A DNA stretch of 64,000 bases from Desulfatiglandales bacterium (GTDB lineage: Bacteria; Desulfobacterota; DSM-4660; Desulfatiglandales; Desulfatiglandaceae): positions 2,976,001-3,040,000 of the forward strand of contig OY759599.1 in NCBI GenBank assembly GCA_963662465.1. The letters are read 5' to 3'. The notes below the pieces were generated by a model. It was not told the DNA's origin, searched no databases, and was given only the letters and a program-made list of their open reading frames with translations. Shown piece after piece: positions 32,109 through 42,887 of this stretch. The position numbers and the translations under genes were made by a program. Within the stretch, counting starts at the first letter, position 1; every line of letters starts with the position of its first letter.

Positions 32109-32171
32109 GTAACCGTTCACAGGGTGCAGTTGTCAGCCTCCTGCCCCCTGACAACCGCACCCTGCCCCCTC
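32109..32171 (+). repeat. End motif GTAACCGTTCACAGG plus heptamer hairpin
   Basis: agggtgcagttgtcag pairs with ctgacaaccgcaccct (one mismatch). Confidence 0.85.
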
Positions 32172-35146
32172 TAAACAGTTTCCCTGACCCTTGGAAAACT
32201 CAGCGTAAACGTACTCCCTCTCATTTCCCAACTCTTCACATGGATGCGCCCACCATCATTTTTCACAATCTCATTGCTGATGCAAAGCCCCAGGCCCGCC
32301 CCTTTTCCGGCTTCCCGGGTGGTAAAAAAAGGCTCAAAAATCCTTTCCAACAAATCCCCGGGGATACCGATTCCCGTGTCGGACACGGAAACCTTGACCC
32401 GGTTTTGTTCCGTAAAAGATCGGATCGCAATGAGTCGTCCCTTCATCTCCTCATCGGATCCTTTTCCGGCGATAATGGCCTCGCCCGCATTGGAAATCAG
32501 GTTGTACATCACCTGTTCCAGTCGGTTGGCGTGACCGAAAATCAGGGGAAGATCCTCGTCCGGATCAAAGGTCGCCCGAATATCATCCAGCGATAATTGC
32601 GGCCCGATGATGGCCAGGGTTTTTCGAATCACCTCATTGAGGTTAACCTTTTCTTTTTCAAATCCCCGCTTTTCTTCCAGCTCCGTGAGACGATTGATGA
32701 TAACGGCAGCCCGGTCCACCTGCCCGCTGATCTCGGTAGACACCTGCAAAAGATGGTCGTCCGGAACCCTTTCCTTTCGCTGGGCCATCATTTTCAAAAA
32801 CTCACTCCCCACTTTGATGGCGTTCAGCGGCTGGTTCAACTCGTGCGCAATGGCGGGAGAAATACCGCCCATGGTGGGCATGAGACGAAGCAGGTCCCAC
32901 GCCGTTACCAGTTCCACATGAAGCATGATCGCCGGCAGGATGAACAAAGCCCCCACCAGCGACGCCAGCATGGTGGCCACCATGAGAAGGCCAAAGACCG
33001 CCGTGGGATTAAAATGGGAAAAAATCAGCACGGAAAACCCCATGCTGATGGCCAGGGTGGTGAATATAATCGGCCTTCCCACCCCGCGAATGGTGTCCTG
33101 GAGCGCCCGGTCCTTGTTCAGGTCTTTCTTGAACTCGCGGTTATAGCGAAACAGGTAATGAATGGTATCGTCCACGGCCAGACCGATGGCAATGCAGGCG
33201 ATAAGGCTGGTGGCAACGGAGAGCTCAATCCCCAGCCAACCCATGAGCCCAAAGCTCACCACAATGGGAAAAAGGTTGGGAAGGATGGCCATGACCCCCA
33301 CTTTCACGGAAAGGAACAGGAGCGACATGGCGGCAATGATGAGGACCAGGGTCAGGGAGAGGCTTTTCACCAGCCCCCGGGTCAACAGGCGGCTGCTTTG
33401 TGAAATCACAATCCCGAATCCGGTCACATGGCATTCAAAATCCTCTCCGAAATTCTGTTGAAGATAATCCCCGATCTCCTCCTTCAACGCCAGGAAATCC
33501 CGTGAGCTGGAGATATGGGTCCGAAGCAGGATGTTAGCTTTTTTAAGATCCTCGTCCATAAACCGACTGAACATTGCCTGCCCCAGCATGGTCTTATAAC
33601 TGTTGATCAGCATACGAATTTCAAATGATTCCGATGGGATTACGTAGGCGTCCTTGTTGTATTGACTGGCGCCGTAATTCACCAACTTAAGAAAATCCAC
33701 CAGGGAAATGGTCTTGTCGACCCCTTTCCTGGCGCTCAGGAAATCCTGAATCTCCGCAATCTGCTGGAGATGCCCGGGGTCTTCAAAATAGCCGTCAACC
33801 CTTGAATTCAACACCACGTTAACCGGAAAACTGCCCGCTGTTTGCCGGGAAACGTCTTCAAAATGACGGCTGATGGGCGTATCCTTTTTGAAAAAGCCCA
33901 CGGGATTCGTTTCCACTTTTATCTGGAAAATACCGCAGAGCGCAACGATGGTCACCATGGAAACCGCCGGCAATACCTTTTTCTGGTGACGCAGGTTCAG
34001 TTGCATAATCCAGGCAAGAAAACCGTTGATAACGCCGCGCCCCTGTCGGGAATCCATCTTGGCCTTGCGGGGCATGGAGAGGATTGAAAGTACTGCCGGC
34101 ACCGCGGTCAGCATCATCACGAGCATGCTGAGCAGACCGAAACAGGAGAAAGCGGCAAACTCCCGAATACTGTTGATCTGGTTCAGCATGAGGGAGGCCA
34201 GGCCGATAATGGTGGTGACCACCGCCAGAACCGTTGGAAATCGGACCTGAATAAAACATAAATACACCGCTTCCCTGGAAGAATCCGCGTTCAGGGCCGA
34301 CGATCGATATTCGGAAAAGAGGTACATGCAGTACGCAGTGCCCACCGCAATGAGAAAAATGGGTACAATCATGGTCAGCAGGGAAAGCGGCCTTTGGGTC
34401 CAGGCCATCATGCCGAAAGTCCAGATCAATGCGGACAGGACGGCGCCGGTGGGGATCAATACGGATCTGACATCCCGAAACAGGCATAGGAGAACAATGG
34501 CCATCACCACGAAGGTGATGGGCGGCAGTTGCAGAAAATCCCTTTCGGTATAGGCGGCAAGGGCCTGGGAAACCAGCGGCATGCCGATCTGGTAAAGGGA
34601 AAGACCTTCATTCTCTTTTTGAAGTATTTTCTCAATGGCATCGATAATCGGCGCTTTATCGGATACGTCTTCCAGAATAACCGAAAAAATGGTGGTCTTT
34701 TGGTCTTCCGAGAGAAAATTCCGTTCGAAGAGTTCGATGGGAACGATGATTTCCTTGAATTCATCCAGGGACCATCGGGAAGTAAGATCCATATCCCGTT
34801 TGATTCCCGGAAGGCTCAGAACCTTTGTCACCCCTGGAATTTTTGAGATCTCGCCGGCAATGACGGCCAATCGCTGAAAGGTTTCCGGCGCAAAGACATT
34901 CTCGGCCTTTGCCGCCACGAGGATCATTTCCTCGCTGCCGAACATCTTTTTAAATTCGCGATAATAGATACTTTCCGGCAGGTCCCGGATGGCCAGATCA
35001 TAAATGGATGTCTGAAAACGAAGGTTCGGCAGCTTCGCAGCGAAAAGCAGGGTCGCCAAAACGATCAGGATCAATACCGGAACAGGATGTCGGATCACGA
35101 ATCGAAGTCGCCGGCCGGAATTCAATGTGCGAAATATGCCTGCCAT
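32171..35146 (-). CDS. MMPL/RND-family transporter fused to a C-terminal histidine kinase
   Basis: Two MMPL halves (GLAVDDTIH) then [33 protein letters not shown] in one 991-aa ORF. Confidence 0.88.
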   Translation of the reverse strand: MAGIFRTLNSGRRLRFVIRHPVPVLILIVLATLLFAAKLPNLRFQTSIYDLAIRDLPESIYYREFKKMFGSEEMILVAAKAENVFAPETFQRLAVIAGEISKIPGVTKVLSLPGIKRDMDLTSRWSLDEFKEIIVPIELFERNFLSEDQKTTIFSVILEDVSDKAPIIDAIEKILQKENEGLSLYQIGMPLVSQALAAYTERDFLQLPPITFVVMAIVLLCLFRDVRSVLIPTGAVLSALIWTFGMMAWTQRPLSLLTMIVPIFLIAVGTAYCMYLFSEYRSSALNADSSREAVYLCFIQVRFPTVLAVVTTIIGLASLMLNQINSIREFAAFSCFGLLSMLVMMLTAVPAVLSILSMPRKAKMDSRQGRGVINGFLAWIMQLNLRHQKKVLPAVSMVTIVALCGIFQIKVETNPVGFFKKDTPISRHFEDVSRQTAGSFPVNVVLNSRVDGYFEDPGHLQQIAEIQDFLSARKGVDKTISLVDFLKLVNYGASQYNKDAYVIPSESFEIRMLINSYKTMLGQAMFSRFMDEDLKKANILLRTHISSSRDFLALKEEIGDYLQQNFGEDFECHVTGFGIVISQSSRLLTRGLVKSLSLTLVLIIAAMSLLFLSVKVGVMAILPNLFPIVVSFGLMGWLGIELSVATSLIACIAIGLAVDDTIHYLFRYNREFKKDLNKDRALQDTIRGVGRPIIFTTLAISMGFSVLIFSHFNPTAVFGLLMVATMLASLVGALFILPAIMLHVELVTAWDLLRLMPTMGGISPAIAHELNQPLNAIKVGSEFLKMMAQRKERVPDDHLLQVSTEISGQVDRAAVIINRLTELEEKRGFEKEKVNLNEVIRKTLAIIGPQLSLDDIRATFDPDEDLPLIFGHANRLEQVMYNLISNAGEAIIAGKGSDEEMKGRLIAIRSFTEQNRVKVSVSDTGIGIPGDLLERIFEPFFTTREAGKGAGLGLCISNEIVKNDGGRIHVKSWEMRGSTFTLSFPRVRETV

Positions 35147-35161
35147 GGAAGTCCTTGTGGA

Positions 35162-35557
35162 TTAAGAGCCTTCATCACGCCCGGGTCCATTGCGCAGTAT
35201 TTCTTCGGCTCGGGTCAAAGCCGCATCAAGCGCTTCTTTCTGAACGGGCTTATGAATAAAATCCGTCGCCTTAAGATCCAATGCCTTTCCGGCCAGCTCC
35301 TTGTCCCCATGGCCCGTAATCACAATGACCACGGCGTCGGGGGAAAATATTTTGATCCGCTTTAAAACTTCAAAGCCGTCCATACCCGGCATTTTGATAT
35401 CCGTAAACACAATGCCGGGCTTTTCCTTTTCAAATACCCGTATCCCTTCTTCGCCGTTTTCGGCCGTCAAAACCTCGAAGCCATAGGCCTCCAGAAAAAG
35501 CCGAAACATGGCCAGGGTAGGTTTTTCATCATCAATAATCAAGACCTTCCGCATCAA
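35162..35557 (-). CDS. Single-domain response regulator
   Basis: IDDE, TDIKMPG, ITGHG, HKP; overlaps the stop of the upstream kinase. Confidence 0.92.
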   Translation of the reverse strand: MMRKVLIIDDEKPTLAMFRLFLEAYGFEVLTAENGEEGIRVFEKEKPGIVFTDIKMPGMDGFEVLKRIKIFSPDAVVIVITGHGDKELAGKALDLKATDFIHKPVQKEALDAALTRAEEILRNGPGRDEGS

Positions 35558-37476
35558 TTTCTCCTTAATGAATCCATCTGCGGCAATCGCACGACAAACG
35601 TGGTTCCGATCCCCGTTCCACTGTGTACACGAATATCGCCCCCATGCTCCACAACAATTTCATAAACGATCGCCAGTCCCAGGCCCATCCCCTTTCCCAC
35701 TTCCTTGGTGGTGAAAAAGGGCTCAAAAATCTTATCGCGGGCATCTTTTGATATCCCCGAACCGGTATCCGAAATAGCTATAACGATCTGGCCATTTTTT
35801 GAAAATGACCGAATGCCGATTCTGCCGCAAACCCTCTCGCCAATAGTTTCGCACTTTTGAACAATGGCGTCGCGCGCATTGGTCAGCAGGTTGAAAATCA
35901 CCTGTTCCAGGCGATTTTTGTGGGCCAGGACCGAAGGAATGTTTTTGCCTGGAAGAAACCTGAGATCAACATCCTGAAGCTTCAATTGCGGACCGATAAG
36001 CTTTACAACATTTTCAATAGGGCTGTTGATGGAGACCTCCTCCCTGCTGAAATCCGCTTTCCTGGCAAATTCCCGCAAACGGGTAATAATCTCGGATGCC
36101 CGGTCCACTTGGTCGCTCACCTGTCCTGCTACCTGGGCCAAGTCTTTCGTTGGAATCGCCCTGCCCTGTTCCACCATCAGGGTCAAAAAATCGCTCCCCA
36201 TTTTAATGGCATTCAACGGCTGATTGAGTTCGTGGGCAATGCCCGCGGACATTTCTCCCAGACTTTTCATTTTGCCGGCCTGAATCAACTGCGCGTCCTT
36301 TTCCATGATTTCAGTAATATCACTGGTGGCCAGAACGATCACGTCCCGGCCCTGATAAAGGCCCGGACAGGCCCGCACATTCACGTAGAAGGGCCGGCGT
36401 CCTTTCCGGTAATGCCGCGCCCTCGAACTCACCACGCAGACGCTGGCCATGGCCTTTTCCCCAAGGGTCTCGCTATTCCAGTCCCCATATTCAAAAACGC
36501 CCAGATCGCTGAAAGATCGACCGATCAGATCCTCCCTGGCGTACCCGTAGGTTTCAGCCGCGGCCAAATTGGCATCCAGAATCTCAAACCCCTTCCGGGC
36601 CACCACAAAAACGGGATTGGGGCCGCTGTCAAAAAGGGAACGGTATTTCTGCTCGCTTTCCTTGAGCTGCTCCCTGCCTGCCCTGAGAGATGCGGTCATA
36701 TGGTTAAAGGCGCCTGCCAGTTGCTCTATTTCATCGCCCCAATGGTTTTTGTAGACGTCGCTCTCACTGCCTGAAGCGGGTTCCGTCTCCAGATTGCCCA
36801 GACTGATCTCGTTGGCCCGTCGAATCAGTTCCCCCATGGGCCGGGTGATGTATCCGGAAAGCCAGTGGGCAATACCGAAAAAAATGAGAATAATAACGGA
36901 GATGAAGCCCAAGAATGTTATTCGAAGCCGACCTACAATTTCATCAATATACCCTTTGCTCAACCCTACATGGACGGCGCCGATTTGTGAAGCGCCCTCT
37001 TTCAAGGGAAACGTGATATCATAAGCGGATTCTTTGCCGAAAGAAAGCCGTTCGATACGGTGGGACCGTCCGGGACCGACCCGCTTGACCTGAAGCAACG
37101 CTTCGGGAAAACCACCGTCAAAGGTATGGGCCAGTACCTCTCCATCCTGGTCCAGAACGAACATGTAGGAAATCAGCGACTCCCGATTTCCAAGTCGGGA
37201 GGCATCAAAGAGCAATCGGTTTAAGGCATCCCTGTTCACTTTCAGGACATGGGCCTTGCTCTCCTCGGCAACGCTTTGTGCAATACCCACTCCCCGCTGC
37301 TCCATTCGCGTGATCAGGCTCGAAACCAGCACCCATCGCGCCACCAGAGCAATGCCGACACTGATCAGGAGAATCACGGCCACGGAGGCAAAAAATATTT
37401 TGTTTTTGTGGCTCAGCCGACGCAAAGATCCGAGGGACATCACAATGCCGCTGATGGCGTCCTTCATGATTTTCAT
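35554..37476 (-). CDS. Membrane HAMP-PAS sensor histidine kinase
   Basis: Two TM helices, periplasmic domain, [23 protein letters not shown]. Confidence 0.9.
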   Translation of the reverse strand: MKIMKDAISGIVMSLGSLRRLSHKNKIFFASVAVILLISVGIALVARWVLVSSLITRMEQRGVGIAQSVAEESKAHVLKVNRDALNRLLFDASRLGNRESLISYMFVLDQDGEVLAHTFDGGFPEALLQVKRVGPGRSHRIERLSFGKESAYDITFPLKEGASQIGAVHVGLSKGYIDEIVGRLRITFLGFISVIILIFFGIAHWLSGYITRPMGELIRRANEISLGNLETEPASGSESDVYKNHWGDEIEQLAGAFNHMTASLRAGREQLKESEQKYRSLFDSGPNPVFVVARKGFEILDANLAAAETYGYAREDLIGRSFSDLGVFEYGDWNSETLGEKAMASVCVVSSRARHYRKGRRPFYVNVRACPGLYQGRDVIVLATSDITEIMEKDAQLIQAGKMKSLGEMSAGIAHELNQPLNAIKMGSDFLTLMVEQGRAIPTKDLAQVAGQVSDQVDRASEIITRLREFARKADFSREEVSINSPIENVVKLIGPQLKLQDVDLRFLPGKNIPSVLAHKNRLEQVIFNLLTNARDAIVQKCETIGERVCGRIGIRSFSKNGQIVIAISDTGSGISKDARDKIFEPFFTTKEVGKGMGLGLAIVYEIVVEHGGDIRVHSGTGIGTTFVVRLPQMDSLRRN

Positions 37477-37492
37477 ATGGGGATATCCTTAA

Positions 37493-37594
37493 GCAATCGT
37501 TCACAGGGTTCAGTTGTCAGGGGGCAGTTGTCAGGGTGCAGAAAAATCAGCTTCGAATTTTGTCCTGCCCCCTGACAACTGCCCCCTGCCCCCT
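37493..37594 (+). repeat. Variant end motif plus inverted heptamer arrays
   Basis: gcaatcgttcac agggttc agttgtc agggggc agttgtc agggtgc ... ctgccccctgacaactgccccctgccccct. Confidence 0.85.
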
Positions 37595-37676
37595 ATAAAA
37601 TATACATAACGCTTCAAATTCAGGAGCAAAAAAGACATCTCTGGCGATAGAGAAAACCGGAAGAAGTACCTGTGAA

Positions 37677-38972
37677 TTATCCCCCGGAAGAGCCAATGAT
37701 TTGCATGGTCAGGACCTGCGTCGCAGCGCTGTCGATGCCGCCCACAGCGACGATATTCTGATCCCGCTGAATGGCCGCGGCTTCAGCCCAGTCATCTCCC
37801 TGCCCCAGGTTGAAGCTTGCCACACCGCCGTTACCGAAATCCTCATCCGCAACGCCATCGGCATCGTATCGCAAAACAAGGGCATCATAATCCGTGCCGT
37901 TGTAGGTATTGCCGGCCACGACAATCTCATCCCCCTGCTGAAGACACAGCCTTCGACCATTGTCGTTTCCAGTGCCGCCGTCATAAATCACCACCCCGTC
38001 CGTGCCAAACCCTGAATCCAGTGACCCGTCTGAATTGTATCTGAGAAGGACCACATCCAGATCACTCCCGTTGCTGTTGCTGCCCGACACAACGATTTTT
38101 CCATCTGACTGAATGACGATCCCCCGTGCGCCGGCATTTCCGTGCCCTCCGTCATATCGGACGATTCCGGCCGTGCCGAATGAATTGTCGAGGATGCCGG
38201 CGGCATCGTATCTTGCAGTCAGGAGTTCAAAGCCTTCATCCGTGCTGGTGTAGCCCGTCACAACCATTTTTCCATCCGACTGAATGGCCAGGTCGCGAAA
38301 TCCGTCGTTCCCCTTTCCACCTTCATAGGAGACAACCCCATTAAGCCCGAATGAATCGTCCAGGGAACCATCCTTTTCATATCTCAGGACCATAGCGATG
38401 GATGTTCCATCCCCCGTGCTTCTCGCCGTCACAAGGATACTGCCGTCCCCTTGAACCGCGATGGCCCGACCATAGTCATCCCTGCCGGCATTATCGTAAA
38501 GGACAATGCCGTCCGTGCCGAAAAATGGGTCCAAAGTTCCATTCGCATTCAAGCGCATGAGCAGCATGTCCACATCATTGCCGTTATGGGCATATCCCGT
38601 CAGGGTAATTTTGCCGTCCGAATCCACGACAACCAAACGCCCGCAGTCGTTTCCGTTGCCGCTGTCATAAATGAAAACCCCGTCTGTCCCGAAGGTGGTG
38701 TCCAGGGTCCCATCCGGGTTGTATCGCAAAACGCCTACATCCGAGTCCGTACCGTTCAATATTCCCGTTGAAACCAAAATCTTATGGTCCATTTGAATGG
38801 CCGTTCCCACATAGGAATCCTTGTTCCAGACCCCGTAGAGCGCATATCCGTCCGGAGCATTGAAGGTCGCATCCAGATCGCCCTGCTGCTTCCCGGTGGG
38901 ATTTGGATTGGATGAGGATGAACTGCAGGCGGACAAAACACAGAAAAAAATACAGAACAGCAGTCTCTTCAT
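37677..38972 (-). CDS. Delta-60 repeat (beta-propeller-like) lipoprotein
   Basis: Lipobox LSAC; about seven repeats of Q.DGKI...RY..DG.LD..FG..G. Confidence 0.88.
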   Translation of the reverse strand: MKRLLFCIFFCVLSACSSSSSNPNPTGKQQGDLDATFNAPDGYALYGVWNKDSYVGTAIQMDHKILVSTGILNGTDSDVGVLRYNPDGTLDTTFGTDGVFIYDSGNGNDCGRLVVVDSDGKITLTGYAHNGNDVDMLLMRLNANGTLDPFFGTDGIVLYDNAGRDDYGRAIAVQGDGSILVTARSTGDGTSIAMVLRYEKDGSLDDSFGLNGVVSYEGGKGNDGFRDLAIQSDGKMVVTGYTSTDEGFELLTARYDAAGILDNSFGTAGIVRYDGGHGNAGARGIVIQSDGKIVVSGSNSNGSDLDVVLLRYNSDGSLDSGFGTDGVVIYDGGTGNDNGRRLCLQQGDEIVVAGNTYNGTDYDALVLRYDADGVADEDFGNGGVASFNLGQGDDWAEAAAIQRDQNIVAVGGIDSAATQVLTMQIIGSSGG

Positions 38973-39094
38973 TATGACATCTCCTTCTAAAAATTAAGTG
39001 TTTCAAAGTCCTTAAACCTTTATTTTCGAATATAGTCCATAAGAAAAGCGGGAGCAAGGGAAAGGAGGAGTAGAATGTAAAAAGTCATATTGTC

Positions 39095-39121
39095 CTCTGC
39101 CTGCCCCCTGTGAACGGTTAC
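39095..39121 (-). repeat. End motif CCTGTGAACGGTTAC with residual heptamer
   Basis: ctctgcctgccccctgtgaacggttac. Confidence 0.85.
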
Positions 39122-39357
39122 GAAATCTCAAAGGAGATCTCGAACAGGGTCCACAGGGGGGTAACCATGATTAAAGGCAAGGGGGGGGGGGGGGGTATTC
39201 GGGCCGGGACATTCAGGTCCTGTACACGGTCATTGCCTTCCAGGAACTGCCGCGCCTGAAAAGGATTGCCCGGGATATTGACCCCAATGTCTTTATGGTG
39301 GTCACGGACACCCTGGAAGTCATGGACATCCGCATCGGGAATCAGCCCCACTGGTGA
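39122..39357 (+). pseudogene. C-terminal (DUF2179-like) fragment of a YitT-family protein
   Basis: EISKEISNRVHRGVTMIKGKG|YSGRDIQVLYTV..ELPRLKRIARDIDPNVFMVV; frame broken at a G15 run (39181-39195). Confidence 0.75.
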
Positions 39358-39358
39358 T

Positions 39359-40276
39359 TTATGCCACATCGGATTTATTCAAATCACGAATTTCATAAAC
39401 CTCTTCCTCCTTCAACGCCTCAAATCCCGAAATAATATCCAGAAGCTCACTGGTGATCGCTGCCTGGCGCTGCTCCCGGAAGAGGGCCTGCAAGTCATCC
39501 TGAAGCTCCAGAATGTTTTTTTCGGCGGCCTGCATGGCCATAAGCCTGGCCGCGTTCTCACCGGCCAGAGACTGGGCGAAGGCCCTGTAAAAGGAGATAA
39601 AGAGATACTGCCGAAAGAGGTGGGCAAACATGGTTTCCCGGTTGGATCCCAGCATGGGCAGGCAGCGGTTGGGCCATGGGGCGCCGCCATAATCTTTGGC
39701 CCAGGAGGCGTCCAGGGGCAGAAGCCGTTGAAACACCGGCACGTACCCGCCCTGCTCCCCCAACACATGGTGGCACAGATAGAGGGTCTCCAGTTTTTTG
39801 GCGGACCGCCATTCCTCCACCTTCCCAATGGCCTCCTGAACCCTTTCGGTAACGGCATTCAAACTTCCCGGCGCCGGAAAATGAACAGGGTTGGGAACAC
39901 CCGCGTCCTCCAGCATACCGTGAACTTTTTCCCCCAGGCTCCAGTAATCCCAGTTCCGCCCCTGAACCGCCCGCTCCTTTATCTGTTCCTGCAGAAAGGG
40001 CCAAAGGGACTCGTTGAACTGGCCGCACATGCCCTGGTCGCTTCCCACCACGAGGCAGACATCCCCCTGGTTCCGGGACGGGGAAAGTGTGGGACGGCCC
40101 ATTCTCAGAAAAACCGACCACCCCATGTCCACCACGGCCCGGTATTGTTCCAGGGATTCCACGGCCCGTTCAAACTGCCGAATGTTCACCGCGGCCAGGC
40201 TTTTCATGGTCTTGACCACTCCCAGCAGGTCCTTTGCGGTCTTGATCTTTCGGTTCAGGGATTCCAGCGTCTGCAT
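39359..40276 (-). CDS. atpG: N-ATPase gamma subunit
   Basis: [39 protein letters not shown]. Confidence 0.95.
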   Translation of the reverse strand: MQTLESLNRKIKTAKDLLGVVKTMKSLAAVNIRQFERAVESLEQYRAVVDMGWSVFLRMGRPTLSPSRNQGDVCLVVGSDQGMCGQFNESLWPFLQEQIKERAVQGRNWDYWSLGEKVHGMLEDAGVPNPVHFPAPGSLNAVTERVQEAIGKVEEWRSAKKLETLYLCHHVLGEQGGYVPVFQRLLPLDASWAKDYGGAPWPNRCLPMLGSNRETMFAHLFRQYLFISFYRAFAQSLAGENAARLMAMQAAEKNILELQDDLQALFREQRQAAITSELLDIISGFEALKEEEVYEIRDLNKSDVA

Positions 40277-41822
40277 GGTCTTCCTTCATCAGCTTGAAGG
40301 GGGCCAGCACCCCCTCCATAAGCGTGGTCAACTGTTTCCATAAAGGATCATCTTTTTCAGCGCGCAAAACGGCGTTTTCAAGGTCCGGGATCTCGGCTTT
40401 CACTTTTTCAAGGACAGCCGCCTCCGCCTCCACCACTTTTTCAACGGGAACCTCGTCCATGAGCCCGCGCGCCACCGCCAGCAACACCGCGATCTGCTCG
40501 CCGGAGGCAAGGGTTGAAAGCTCTCGCTGCTTTAGGGCCTCCCGAACCCGTCGGCCGTGTTCCAGCGTTTTCCGGGTCCGATCGTCCAGCCGGGTGCCGA
40601 ACCGGGCAAAGGCTTCCAGTTCCTGGAACTGGGTGTAGGAGAGCCGCAAATCCCCCGCCACCTGCCGATAGGCGGAAATCTGGGCCTTGCCCCCCACCCG
40701 GGATACGGATTTACCCACATCCACCGCCGGCAGCACGCCTTTCTGAAAAAGGTCCGGGGACAAATAGATCTGGCCATCCGTAATGGAGATGAGGTTGGTG
40801 GGAATATAGGCGGAGATGTTCTGGGCCTCGGTCTCGGCGATGGGGAGCGCCGTGAGGGATCCACCCCCCCGCTCTTCCTTGAGATGGGTGGAACGTTCCA
40901 GAAGCCTGGAATGGACATAAAAAATGTCCCCGGGAAAGGCTTCACGGCCCGGGGGACGTCTAAGCAGGAGGCTCAACTGCCGGTAGGCCAGGGCATGACG
41001 GGTCAGGTCATCGTAAACGATAAGCACGTCTTTGCCCTGTTCCATGAAATATTCACCCATGGTGGTGGCAGCGTAGGGAGCAATAAACTGAAGGCCGGGC
41101 GGATCATCCCCTTCCACCACCACCACCACGCTGTAGCCAATGGCCCCCTGTCGTTCCAGCTCGGCCACCACCTTGGCAATGCCGGAACTGCGCTGGCCGA
41201 TGGCACAATAGATACAGAGGACATCCTTCTGGTTGACCATGGCATCCAGGGCCACGGCGGTTTTGCCCGTCTGTCGATCCCCCAGAATCAACTCCCGCTG
41301 CCCCCGACCGATGGGAATAAGGGCGTCCACCACCTTGAGCCCGGTCTGAAGGGGCTTCACCACCGGCGCCCGATCCAAAATCCGTGGGGCTTCCCGCAGT
41401 ACCATCCAGCGCTCCCGCGCTTCAGGAATCCCCTTGCCGTCCAGGGGCCGGCCCAGGGGGTCCACCACCCTGCCGATCAATTGATCCCCCACGGGCACGT
41501 CCAGAACCCTGCCACTGCGCAGCACCTGGTCTCCGGCACTCACCGCTTCGGTGGAACCAAACAGGATGATCCCCACGCGATCGGGCAGAAGATCCAGAAC
41601 CATGCCCGAAATATCAGGCCCCACCGTCACCAGCTCTTCCGATTGGACCTGTCCCAGACCATCGGCCCAGACAATCCCCTGGTCCACTGATTTGACCCGA
41701 CCCACTTCCTGCTGTTTAAGGGTTGGAGAAAAATCTGAAATCCCCTGTTGAACGGCCCGGTCAACAGACTCCAGCACATCCTGAAGCCCGCTTTTTTCCG
41801 ATGTTTCAATTCCTTCGGTCAT
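40170..41822 (-). CDS. atpA: N-ATPase alpha subunit (reads 107 nt into atpG)
   Basis: [25 protein letters not shown]; likely start MTEGIE. Confidence 0.95.
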   Translation of the reverse strand: MTEGIETSEKSGLQDVLESVDRAVQQGISDFSPTLKQQEVGRVKSVDQGIVWADGLGQVQSEELVTVGPDISGMVLDLLPDRVGIILFGSTEAVSAGDQVLRSGRVLDVPVGDQLIGRVVDPLGRPLDGKGIPEARERWMVLREAPRILDRAPVVKPLQTGLKVVDALIPIGRGQRELILGDRQTGKTAVALDAMVNQKDVLCIYCAIGQRSSGIAKVVAELERQGAIGYSVVVVVEGDDPPGLQFIAPYAATTMGEYFMEQGKDVLIVYDDLTRHALAYRQLSLLLRRPPGREAFPGDIFYVHSRLLERSTHLKEERGGGSLTALPIAETEAQNISAYIPTNLISITDGQIYLSPDLFQKGVLPAVDVGKSVSRVGGKAQISAYRQVAGDLRLSYTQFQELEAFARFGTRLDDRTRKTLEHGRRVREALKQRELSTLASGEQIAVLLAVARGLMDEVPVEKVVEAEAAVLEKVKAEIPDLENAVLRAEKDDPLWKQLTTLMEGVLAPFKLMKEDHADAGIPEPKDQDRKGPAGSGQDHEKPGRGEHSAV

Positions 41823-42574
41823 GATTTCACCAAAGCGTCTTTGAACAGGTTTTCCATGATTTCCTTTTCCAGGTCCTGAAGATAGTCGGCCAGGTGCCAT
41901 GCCACCTTGCGGTCTCCGGCCACCACTTGAATGCCGAAACCCAGTTCCGGCGCCGGTTCTATTTGTATGCGGTTTTCACCCGGAAACCATTGGCTGAGAC
42001 GCTCTTTAAGGGTCTTTGCGTCATCCGCTTCAAGGGGAATGCCGGACTGAACCACCACGCCCCCTTTCACCGCATTCCGGGTCAATTCGTCCCTGACATG
42101 GGAGACCTTTTCAAGAAATACCCGGCACACCTGGCGATTCAAGTCCTGATCCGCCAGATCCCGAATGACCTTTCCACCAATGTGCATGACCTGTTCCACC
42201 ATGCGCTGTCTGAGTCCGTCCAGGAAGGCCCGCCGGTCCCGCGTCATGTTGGCCAGCCAGGCGCCCTGAAGGGTTTCCACTTCGTTCCTGGCGCCCTTGA
42301 GCGTCTCCTCACGCCATTTGGCCACCTGATCCCGGGCTTCCAGCATCAGCCCGTCACGGGCGTTTGCAAGGTCCGCTCTCTCCTTTTCGAGGGCCGAAGC
42401 CCTTTCCTCCGCCTTCTGTTCGGCCTGTTCAGCCCGGTTCAACGCCTGGGCAATGGTCTTTTCCCGCTCCGCAATGGCCCGAAGGATCGGTTTAAATAAA
42501 AACCGCTTCAGGAGCCAGATCAGAATCAGGAAATTAACGATCTGGGCCAGGACCGTGAACCAATTGATCAGCAC
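41819..42574 (-). CDS. atpF: N-ATPase b subunit, long form
   Basis: [15 protein letters not shown], coiled coil, delta-like C-terminus. Confidence 0.92.
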   Translation of the reverse strand: MLINWFTVLAQIVNFLILIWLLKRFLFKPILRAIAEREKTIAQALNRAEQAEQKAEERASALEKERADLANARDGLMLEARDQVAKWREETLKGARNEVETLQGAWLANMTRDRRAFLDGLRQRMVEQVMHIGGKVIRDLADQDLNRQVCRVFLEKVSHVRDELTRNAVKGGVVVQSGIPLEADDAKTLKERLSQWFPGENRIQIEPAPELGFGIQVVAGDRKVAWHLADYLQDLEKEIMENLFKDALVKS

Positions 42575-42577
42575 AAC

Positions 42578-42856
42578 TTATCCCCCTGCCTTGGTCAGGA
42601 AGTATTTCCAGAAAGGGTTGGCGAAAATGAGAATCATGGACACCACAAAACAGTAGATGGCCGTTGATTCCACCATGGCCATGCCTACGAAGAGGGTTCG
42701 GGTGATGGTGTTGGTCTCATCCGGCTGCTGGGCAATGGAACTGAGCGCCTGGGCCAGTGCCCGCCCCTCGCCCAGGGCAGGCCCCACGGCGCCGATGCCC
42801 ATGCCGATGCCCGCCGCCAGAATTGACGCCACCGCGATCCAACCTAATGCATCCAT
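42578..42856 (-). CDS. atpE: N-ATPase c subunit with Na+-binding signature
   Basis: GPALGEG in helix 1 and ESTAIY in helix 2. Confidence 0.95.
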   Translation of the reverse strand: MDALGWIAVASILAAGIGMGIGAVGPALGEGRALAQALSSIAQQPDETNTITRTLFVGMAMVESTAIYCFVVSMILIFANPFWKYFLTKAGG

Positions 42857-42887
42857 CGTGTGTCTCCTTTATGGTTGTTTATTGAAA

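Noticed and set aside
39181..39195. G15 run as a phase-variation switch
   Set aside because: It lies in a gene fragment lacking its 5' part, so switching could not restore function
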